64,000 nt of DNA from an uncultured bacterium. Lineage in GTDB: Bacteria; Verrucomicrobiota; Verrucomicrobiia; Verrucomicrobiales; DEV007. Made by a program: the position numbers and the translations under genes. Shown in pieces: positions 56,818 to 64,000 of this stretch; position 1 is the stretch's first letter; every line of letters starts with the position of its first letter. The notes under the pieces are model-generated. The model ran no database searches, was not told the DNA's origin, and saw only the letters and a list, made by a program, of their open reading frames with translations. The stretch is taken from assembly GCA_963977015.1 (NCBI GenBank), contig CAXBMO010000009.1, forward strand, positions 64,001-128,000, read 5' to 3'.

Positions 56818-57792
56818 ATGAAAGTATACTTTTGGGGAACTCGCGGCTCGCTGCCAACTTCCCACGCAGCTCATGAAATTCGCGACAAAGTAAGAGCGGC
56901 ATTGCTTGCCGCAAGAGGACGCAATTTGGAATCGGATGACGATCTCGACCGCTTTATTGACGAATTGCCCTTCGCTGTAGCTGGAGACTACGGAGGCAAC
57001 ACCACGTGTTACGAGATTCAAGACGACGACCTTTCCCAGGAATACGTCCTCTTTGATGCCGGTTCCGGAATTCACGAGTTCAGCAAGCGCTACATGGCGG
57101 CGGGCAAAGAGGGCGAAAAAGCGATCTTCCACATTTTCATCTCCCACGTTCATTGGGATCACGTTCAGGGGTTCCCCTTCTTTGCTCCCGCCTTCATCCC
57201 CGGCAACCGAATCGTTTTTCACGGCCATCATGCATCACTGCCTGATGTGTTGAGATATCAGATGGAACCTCCATTCTTTCCGATACCAATCGATGCGATG
57301 GAAGCCGATCTGGAATTCGACATTCGCCCGCCGGGAACCGCCTTTTCGGCAGCAGGCTTTGAAATTTCCACCATCGAGCAACAGCACCCGGGAATCGCCT
57401 ACGGCTACCGGTTTGAAAAAAACGGAAAAGCGATCGTTTTCTCAACGGATTCCGAGCATCAGGAGGGAACCAGCCAGGAGAATTATCCGTTTGTAGAGTT
57501 TTTTAAAGACGCGGATCTGGTGGCTTTCGACGCCCAATACAGCTACGCCGAAGCCTGCATCCTCAAAAAGGATTGGGGACATAGCAGCAATGTTGTCGGA
57601 GTCGACCTCTGCCAACGTGCGAGAGTGAAAAACCTTTGCATGGTCCACCATGATCCGGAAGCGACCGACGAGTGGCTCGACACCTTTCTCAAGGATTCGC
57701 TGACCTACCGAGACATCCAGAACCATGATGGGCCCGACCGGTTTCCGACCAAGATCTACATGGCTTCCGATTCTCTCTGCGTGGAGTTGTGA
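56818..57792 (+). CDS. MBL-fold metallo-hydrolase (phosphodiesterase-like)
   Basis: FWGTRGS, YGGNTTC, DAGSG, SHVHWDHVQG, HPG, TDSE, DAQY, WGHS, HHDP. Confidence 0.88.
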   Translation: MKVYFWGTRGSLPTSHAAHEIRDKVRAALLAARGRNLESDDDLDRFIDELPFAVAGDYGGNTTCYEIQDDDLSQEYVLFDAGSGIHEFSKRYMAAGKEGEKAIFHIFISHVHWDHVQGFPFFAPAFIPGNRIVFHGHHASLPDVLRYQMEPPFFPIPIDAMEADLEFDIRPPGTAFSAAGFEISTIEQQHPGIAYGYRFEKNGKAIVFSTDSEHQEGTSQENYPFVEFFKDADLVAFDAQYSYAEACILKKDWGHSSNVVGVDLCQRARVKNLCMVHHDPEATDEWLDTFLKDSLTYRDIQNHDGPDRFPTKIYMASDSLCVEL

Positions 57793-57804
57793 GGACTTCC
57801 AAGT

Positions 57805-60213
57805 TTACTGAACGAACATGAACTGCTGGGTGTTCAGCAACGCCCAAACGAGCGCTTCATACGCAGAATCGCCGTTGGCTTCCACCTCGGCCATGGCAAG
57901 GCTCATTTCAGAATCCGTGGGCTGGCGTGTCAGCATCGCTTGAAAGATCATCCGGATTTTGTCCTCCGAGTTCCCTTCAGCATGAACACGGTTGCCAAAC
58001 ACCGCAAACTCATTGGTCAGCGCTTCCACAATGTTTCCATTGAGCAAATTCAAGGCTTGGGGAACCGAAGCGTATTGGGACGAATTTTCGATCACTTCAC
58101 GATCGGATTGTCCGAACTCCCGCAAGAAGTGCCCGCGAGGAGCCGGTGAAGTCAACTCCGATGCCCGCGCCATATTGGCAACCAGCTTGGTATACATGCT
58201 GTAGTCCGCTTTCTTGGCAGCAACCCACTTCTTCTGCATGTCGCGGGGCAAATCAGCTGGAGGCTTGGGGAACGTTGGCTTTGGCAGTTTTGTGAGAACC
58301 GCAGCACCACCCCCGGCCGCACCTTCCGCCATACTCATCTCCCCACCCATGCTGCTCATCGTCATTTCACTCATTCCGAGTGCAGCCAGGAGATTCTCAC
58401 CATCAACGGCCTGGTGGAGTTTCTTGAACCCAATGTCCGATACAATCTTGTTCAGTTCTCTTGACAGGATGCTGAGCTCGGACCGTTTTTCCTTGTAGAG
58501 TTCATTATTCTCTTCTTCGCGGGCCTTGTAGAGCTCTTTGCGAACTTCATCGATCTTGGGATTGATCGTGCTAACCGCCTCTCCAATTTCCTGGGTCATC
58601 GCCAAATACTCTTCAGGAGAAATGTCGGCGAGACTTGAATACATGAGTCGCAGCTTCTCGATACTGGAAAGCTGGGTCTTCAAGCGCGGGCTATAGCTAT
58701 CCGCTTCCGGAAGTGCCAAACCGACGATCGAATCCCACATTTGCTCTGCGGTCATCCGGCGAAGAATTGGCCCCTGGAAGTAGTAGGGAGCCCCCATGAC
58801 GATCTCTTCATTATTTGCAGTCCGCTGATAGGCCTTCGTGTTGTATAGAATTTTCAGATAGCCTCTGATGTCGTAATCCAGTTCCCGCATCAACTGTTCC
58901 AAATACTCCATGAGCGGCTCATTGGATACCTTCGTCAGGTCCGTCAACTCATCGACAGGCTCAAAAACACCCAATCCGAAAACCTTCTTCCAAAGCCGAT
59001 TGGCGATCACCTTGGTAAAGGTGGGATTGTCCTCTGCCGTCAACCACTCGGCGTAGGCATCGATCGTTTCCCCTGAAACATTTTCGATATCGATATCATA
59101 CCCAAACATCGTATCGGCGGAGACAACATCATGGGGTTTTGCATCCGTGTATTGATAGTCGTGAGGCAGCTTCAACACGGCGTTGTCTTTGACTGAAGTA
59201 GTCGTGTATCGCACGCGTTGATAAAGGAGCCTCTCGGCATCGCGAATTGCCTGGTATTCCTTCTCAACGCTTTCCGTTGCCTTCATCCCGATTTTGGCGG
59301 CTTTTTTGAACTGCTTGTCCGTCATTTCGTATCGGTCGAGATACTTCTGGTAATTCTTGCCCTTCACATAGCGATCCACATCTCTCTCGCGGTAAAACAC
59401 CGGAAATTTGGGTGCCCACTCCGAATTGACGTGTTTGGCAACGGCCTTGCGGAAGGTTTCATTGCGCTTCTCGCGAATGTAGGAACTCATCGCCGACCGA
59501 TTTTCCACGCCGTAGCCGTTTGCGCTCATTCCATAGCTGAACGCGGCCATTTTGTAGTAATCCATCTGCGTCCACTTATCGAACGGATGGTTGTGGCACT
59601 GGGCGCACTCCAGTCGAGTCCCCAGGAAAATTCGAACCGTATTCGACATGTTGTCGAGCGGCATTCCGCGATCACGCTGGTAGTAGCCCGCAGCTCCATT
59701 CTCCCAAATGTGACCTCGCCCGCGAACCAACTCGTAGACGAACTTGTCATAAGGCATGTTTTCCCGCAACGCCTGCTTGATCCACAGTTGGTAAGCCGCC
59801 TCAGCCTGGGCACCGCTGTTGGTCAGGTTGCGATTCACCCGCAGAACGTCGGCCCAAAAATTGTAATTGTGAGCGACATACCCCTCGCCGCTCAGCAACT
59901 GCTCAATCAAACGCTCACGCTTGTTGTCGTAGTTTTCGGCATGAAAACTCTCAGCTTCCTCAATGGTTGGAATTCGACCGATGATGTCGAGATAAGCGCG
60001 TCGAACAAATGCGGCATCATCAACCGCTGCGTTCGGCTCGATCTTCTGCTCCTTCAACTTGGACTCAACCAGGTAGTCAATTCGCTGCTCGGGCGTCAAT
60101 CCCTCCAATTGGCGGGCACTCATGGCGCCGGAGGTGTTGGAGACGTTTGGACCTGCGATGATTGAGCCGACCGAAAGCAGTGCCGAGAAAAACAAGAAGA
60201 ATGAGGATCTCAT
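57805..60213 (-). CDS. DUF1549/DUF1553 (PSD1) protein without the N-terminal cytochrome domain
   Basis: FVRRAYLDIIGRIPT, FWADVLR, LECAQCHNHPFDKW, NRLWKKVFG, RRMTAEQMWDS, FGQSDRE; start at ATG 60213. Confidence 0.9.
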   Translation of the reverse strand: MRSSFFLFFSALLSVGSIIAGPNVSNTSGAMSARQLEGLTPEQRIDYLVESKLKEQKIEPNAAVDDAAFVRRAYLDIIGRIPTIEEAESFHAENYDNKRERLIEQLLSGEGYVAHNYNFWADVLRVNRNLTNSGAQAEAAYQLWIKQALRENMPYDKFVYELVRGRGHIWENGAAGYYQRDRGMPLDNMSNTVRIFLGTRLECAQCHNHPFDKWTQMDYYKMAAFSYGMSANGYGVENRSAMSSYIREKRNETFRKAVAKHVNSEWAPKFPVFYRERDVDRYVKGKNYQKYLDRYEMTDKQFKKAAKIGMKATESVEKEYQAIRDAERLLYQRVRYTTTSVKDNAVLKLPHDYQYTDAKPHDVVSADTMFGYDIDIENVSGETIDAYAEWLTAEDNPTFTKVIANRLWKKVFGLGVFEPVDELTDLTKVSNEPLMEYLEQLMRELDYDIRGYLKILYNTKAYQRTANNEEIVMGAPYYFQGPILRRMTAEQMWDSIVGLALPEADSYSPRLKTQLSSIEKLRLMYSSLADISPEEYLAMTQEIGEAVSTINPKIDEVRKELYKAREEENNELYKEKRSELSILSRELNKIVSDIGFKKLHQAVDGENLLAALGMSEMTMSSMGGEMSMAEGAAGGGAAVLTKLPKPTFPKPPADLPRDMQKKWVAAKKADYSMYTKLVANMARASELTSPAPRGHFLREFGQSDREVIENSSQYASVPQALNLLNGNIVEALTNEFAVFGNRVHAEGNSEDKIRMIFQAMLTRQPTDSEMSLAMAEVEANGDSAYEALVWALLNTQQFMFVQ

Positions 60214-60260
60214 AAAAGAAAAGGGCTTGGTTCGCTGCTTAAAGCACCGAACCAAGCCCT
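60214..60260 (-). terminator. Intrinsic terminator-like hairpin downstream of fbaA
   Basis: 13-bp stem AGGGCTTGGTTCG / CGAACCAAGCCCT followed on the minus strand by TTTCTTTT. Confidence 0.75.
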
Positions 60261-60290
60261 GAAATCTATCAAGAGAACTCGAGGAGAACT

Positions 60291-61325
60291 CTAAGCCTGA
60301 CCGAAAATACTCTTTCCAGTCGAGAGCAGGTCGTCACAGGCAACTCCAATTCGGTTTGCCATGCTCTCTTCTCCCTTCTTGAGATAGGCGCGAGGATCAT
60401 AGGCCTTCTTGTTGCCGACTTCGCCGTCGATCTTCAAGACGCCTTCGATGTTCTCGCACATGTGGCTCGCGATTGGTCGGGTAAACGCATACTGGGTATC
60501 CGTATCCACATTCATCTTCACCACTCCATAGTCGAGGGTCTCGCGAATTTCCTCCAATGAACTTCCGGATCCACCGTGGAAAACCAGGTCAAACTCCGCC
60601 TCTTTCCCATACTTGGACATGACGACATCCTGACCTTGCTTCAGAATCTCCGGCTTCAACTTTACGGCGCCGGGCTTGTAAGAACCGTGAACGTTCCCGA
60701 AAGTCGCAGCAAACGTGAAGCGACCAAGCGAATGAAGTGATTCGTAAACAGCGAGCATGTCTTCCGGAGTCGTGTAAAGCTTCTCGGCAGGCATGTCCTC
60801 CGTGCCAGCGGCACCGTCTTCTTCACCGCCAACAACTCCAGCTTCCACTTCGAGGATGATCTCCGCTTCGGCACAGATTTCCAAGTACTCCTTTGAAATC
60901 GCCATGTTCTCTTCCAAGGGAAGAATGGACGCATCGAGCATGTGGTTCTGAAAGAGGTTGTTCTTCCCTTCTTTCCGGCGCGCGATCGTTGCGTCGATCA
61001 ACGGCTTCAAGAACTTCGGCGCCATCTCGGGCTGACAGTGATCGGTATTCAACGCGATGAAGACATCATATTGCTCAGCCAGGGCGTGAGCGGCTTCCGC
61101 GAGAACAATCGTTCCGAGCGTTGCGTTCTTGTGATTCAGTCCCGAGATAAATTGACCAGCGCCGGTTGAGAACTGGATGATTCCGTCAGACTTTTTATCA
61201 GCGAACCCTTTCAACGCAGCATTGAGAGTTGGAATGCTCGAGCAGTTGATCGCTGGATAGGCATAGCCACCCTGCTGAGCGGCATCTAGCATATCTGCGA
61301 ATTGTTTTGGTGTGGCGATAGGCAT
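60291..61325 (-). CDS. fbaA: Fructose-bisphosphate aldolase class II
   Basis: YAYPAIN, TDHC, HMLDAS, EAGVVGGEEDG, FGNVHG.YKPG, VFHGGSGS, KMNVDTD, YDPR. Confidence 0.96.
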   Translation of the reverse strand: MPIATPKQFADMLDAAQQGGYAYPAINCSSIPTLNAALKGFADKKSDGIIQFSTGAGQFISGLNHKNATLGTIVLAEAAHALAEQYDVFIALNTDHCQPEMAPKFLKPLIDATIARRKEGKNNLFQNHMLDASILPLEENMAISKEYLEICAEAEIILEVEAGVVGGEEDGAAGTEDMPAEKLYTTPEDMLAVYESLHSLGRFTFAATFGNVHGSYKPGAVKLKPEILKQGQDVVMSKYGKEAEFDLVFHGGSGSSLEEIRETLDYGVVKMNVDTDTQYAFTRPIASHMCENIEGVLKIDGEVGNKKAYDPRAYLKKGEESMANRIGVACDDLLSTGKSIFGQA

Positions 61326-61462
61326 ATCGCGGCGAGTTTAATCCGGTTTCGGGGAGCGTCAAGCGAGGGCTTCGGGATGCTCAGAATCCTAAGCGGGCAG
61401 GCAATCAATGCATCCTGACAATGAGCTTTCAGTAATCTCAAACAATAAGGTTTTTACAATAT

Positions 61463-61490
61463 TTGACTTGAAAGAATTATTAGTTAGAAT
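61463..61490 (+). promoter_or_regulatory. Putative sigma70 promoter
   Basis: TTGACT-16 bp-TAGAAT in an AT-rich intergenic region about 30 bp upstream of ATG 61522. Confidence 0.45.
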
Positions 61491-61521
61491 TAACTATCCT
61501 ACACCGCTAACCAATACCCCG

Positions 61522-61986
61522 ATGAATCACATGCTCCTCATTACCGCACAACGTTGCGGTTTGAACGATAGCTCCAAAGTTGCCCAGCTTGTCAGGGCAG
61601 CAAAAACCAGCAATCGCTCAGTGATCGATATGTTTCTGGAGTCCGGAGAACTCAACGAGAAGTCTTTTCTCTATCAGCTCTCCCAGAACTTGATGATGCA
61701 TTGGTGGGAACCTGAAATTGGTTGGAACTGGTCCAGCGAATTGGCGAGCGTGATTAGCAAAGAGAACGCTGAAGAATGGCAAATTGTGCCGTTCAAAACA
61801 GAAGAATTCCGCAACCCGGCTTCTCGCGAAATTCATATTGCCTCTTATCAACCTGTTGATGAGGATGCGATCATCCAGCACCTCAACCAACGGCAAACCT
61901 CGCGGGTCATCTTTTACCTCACAACACGCGATGTTGTCAGCAGCGGGCTCGAAGCAATCTACGAGCCCGTAGGTCTTCCCGCCTAA
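61522..61986 (+). CDS. Stand-alone GspE/PilB N-terminal (T2SSE_N-like) domain protein
   Basis: FLESGELNEKSFL..LSQNL, ISKENAEEWQIVP, IHIASYQP.D, V.FYLTT..V..LE.IY; stops with no ATPase domain. Confidence 0.65.
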   Translation: MNHMLLITAQRCGLNDSSKVAQLVRAAKTSNRSVIDMFLESGELNEKSFLYQLSQNLMMHWWEPEIGWNWSSELASVISKENAEEWQIVPFKTEEFRNPASREIHIASYQPVDEDAIIQHLNQRQTSRVIFYLTTRDVVSSGLEAIYEPVGLPA

Positions 61987-61987
61987 G

Positions 61988-63052
61988 CTAGCGAGACCCG
62001 CCCCGCATTCCGGACTGGCGCTGATCAAACTCGTTGGGATTTCGACACGCCTGTCGGGCGGTCTCCTCACTGATTACCCCAGATTTAAACGATGCGATCG
62101 CGGAATCGATGAATCGTTGCGTTCCGAGGGAGCTTTCCCGTTCCATAAACTCGCCAATTTGGCCAAAATCTCCCTTGAGCAGCCATCGACGGACGCCGCC
62201 TGAAATTTCCAAGTGCTCCGTTAACAAATGTAGACCATTGCCCGTATTGGGAACCAATGTCTGACACAGCGCCCCGACAAGCTGACTTCCCAAGACCATC
62301 AACGCGCTATTTCTTTCGCTTTCAGGGAAGAGGGCCAATATTCGCTCAAACGTTTCGGGAACATCCGCAGCGTGAAGCGTGGCAAACACCAGGTGCCCCG
62401 TTTCACTGGCCTGCATCGCGATCCGAGCCGTTTCGACATCGCGAATCTCTCCGACAAGAACGACGTCCGGGCTTTGTCGCAGCGCAGCCTTCAACCCCGA
62501 GGCAAAAGATTCCGTGTCGGTGCCAACTTCGCGCTGAGTTACAATACAACCGGAAGGCTGAATCAGATACTCGATGGGATCTTCAATGGTAACGATATGC
62601 TTGCTCTGGTGATGGTTGATCCAATTGAGCAACGCGGCAATGGTCGTTGATTTTCCGGACCCCGTTCCCCCAGTCACCAGAATAATCCCGCCTTTTCGGC
62701 CTCCCCAGTCTTGAAGCAATTCGACAGGAAGCCCCAAAGAGCCAAGATCGGGAATCTGCGTTTTGATCGGACGCATAGCCGCGGCGAGCATTCCAAGCTG
62801 CCGGTGCAGATTAACCCGAAAACGCAATCCCGAGGAGCTTTGCCAACTGGCATCATGCTCGTGCAGAGATTCTGGAATACCTCCACAGGCTTGCCAGAAC
62901 AGCGCCAACTCCTCAGAGCTTATCGGTTCTTCAGAGAGAGGCCGAATCTTTCCAAGTTCCCGAAAGTGAGGAATCTCGCCCGCTTTCAGAAAAATGTCTT
63001 CAGCTCCATGCTGCACCGCAAGGGCGCAGAGTTGATCGATTCGGGCAAGCAT
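61988..63052 (-). CDS. pilT: PilT/PilU family type IV pilus retraction ATPase
   Basis: RFRVN, GGTGSGKSTT, TIEDPIE, QREVG.DT, ALRQSPDVVLVGEIRD, ETGHLVFATLH. Confidence 0.9.
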   Translation of the reverse strand: MLARIDQLCALAVQHGAEDIFLKAGEIPHFRELGKIRPLSEEPISSEELALFWQACGGIPESLHEHDASWQSSSGLRFRVNLHRQLGMLAAAMRPIKTQIPDLGSLGLPVELLQDWGGRKGGIILVTGGTGSGKSTTIAALLNWINHHQSKHIVTIEDPIEYLIQPSGCIVTQREVGTDTESFASGLKAALRQSPDVVLVGEIRDVETARIAMQASETGHLVFATLHAADVPETFERILALFPESERNSALMVLGSQLVGALCQTLVPNTGNGLHLLTEHLEISGGVRRWLLKGDFGQIGEFMERESSLGTQRFIDSAIASFKSGVISEETARQACRNPNEFDQRQSGMRGGSR

Positions 63053-63063
63053 GAACCAGCCAA

Positions 63064-63516
63064 TTACCGCTTCATTTCTACCACAAAAATCAGCTGATCA
63101 TCGCCTTGAGCCGGGCCTGCGAAGAAAATAGGGCTATCGGACTTTAAAAGGACATCCGTCTTCACGACCACATTCTCCTGCTGCCACAACTGGAGGTGTA
63201 AACTGCGCCCCCCTTCGACAATCCCCTTATAATCCACACGAAGGAAGAGTTCACTCGAAGGCACAACCCAGGAATGATACTCTTTGCCGATGGGTTGGGT
63301 GTGCTCGCCAATGATTTCAAACGTGGAGAAGTCGAATGACTTTCCAAGCCGGCCAGCCAAATCCTCTGAGACTTTACGGTCGGATGCCGAAGGGCTATCC
63401 GTCGCACGAATCAGGGCGCCCCATAGCTGGGGCGCCTCAGAAGATTCATCAGTTTGAGCAGCAAGGTTGAAACAGAGCCCCAACCATGCGCCCAAGAAAA
63501 TGAGGTTTCGATTCAC
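63064..63516 (-). CDS. Secreted hypothetical protein
   Basis: Signal peptide; coupled to the upstream gene by a 4-bp overlap. Confidence 0.7.
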   Translation of the reverse strand: MNRNLIFLGAWLGLCFNLAAQTDESSEAPQLWGALIRATDSPSASDRKVSEDLAGRLGKSFDFSTFEIIGEHTQPIGKEYHSWVVPSSELFLRVDYKGIVEGGRSLHLQLWQQENVVVKTDVLLKSDSPIFFAGPAQGDDQLIFVVEMKR

Positions 63517-64000
63517 AATCCAGCAGTAATCGTTAGTTCGTGAATTGTCGGTGTGCCATTTGCATCCGTGGTCAACATCAGCAAGGGCTTTCCATCAGGA
63601 GAAAAGACCGTTGTCGTTCCGGAAAGCGGATCGACCTCACTCTGCCCGGGGAAATATCCGCTCACTTCATGGTGGGCAGACAAGGCTTCCATTCCCTGAA
63701 TCTCGAACACAGCCGCATTGGCATTGCGATCGAAATGCGTATCCGCAGTGAACGACTCATGGGGAACATAGGTGCTCGTAACCTGAGTGCGCTCGCCATT
63801 CATGCTGGCAACCGTAACAAGGCCGATACAAAACATGGCGACGCCCATCGCGGCGGCACCACTCAGAATCTTAGTCTGAGAGCTGAAAAAGGAGCTAAAG
63901 AAGTGGGAGAGAGTCGGAATCACCGTATCAAGAGTGATTGAATCGAGCTTTTGCCCGGCAGCTTTCCCTTCTTCCTCAATGCGATTCATAATCCGATGGT
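63513..64000 (-). CDS. Partial single-TM protein (5' end probably outside window), possibly anti-sigma-like
   Basis: Frame stays open beyond ATG 63989 to the window edge; one TM followed by a soluble domain. Confidence 0.5.
   Translation of the reverse strand, partial: HRIMNRIEEEGKAAGQKLDSITLDTVIPTLSHFFSSFFSSQTKILSGAAAMGVAMFCIGLVTVASMNGERTQVTSTYVPHESFTADTHFDRNANAAVFEIQGMEALSAHHEVSGYFPGQSEVDPLSGTTTVFSPDGKPLLMLTTDANGTPTIHELTITAGL

Overview
Bacterial chromosomal window, moderately GC-rich. The gene content (three DUF1549/DUF1553 'PSD1' proteins, two Tat-exported DUF1501 proteins, a PVC-type ECF sigma with a FecR-LamG anti-sigma, an SHD1 lipoprotein) points to the PVC superphylum, most likely Verrucomicrobiota (inference). 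About 60 CDS and one tRNA-Ala(GGC). Housekeeping or readily assigned genes: glnS, ndk, fbaA, arsC, treZ, hpnD, pilT and a pglA/C/D/E-like glycan cluster. There is also a six-gene RDD-SpoIIM-DUF4129-DUF4350-MoxR-DUF58 operon and a probable oxidative uronate catabolism cluster. Signals outside the gene list: (1) a ~209-bp CTAG-bounded MITE exactly at a stop/start junction; (2) an accessory patch at 9.7-12.7 kb with a decayed gene duplicate, attC-like relics, REP-like palindromes with compensatory changes and a lower-GC solo TIR gene; (3) a TIR-TM-TPR receptor-like protein behind a hairpin-rich intergenic region; (4) two similar 7-1-7 TTATAAT-N-ATTATAA-like boxes; (5) a large pilin-adhesin fusion and a stand-alone PilB/GspE N-terminal domain next to pilT. 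No CRISPR array, integrase or transposase was seen. All family assignments are by motif recognition only; no searches were run.
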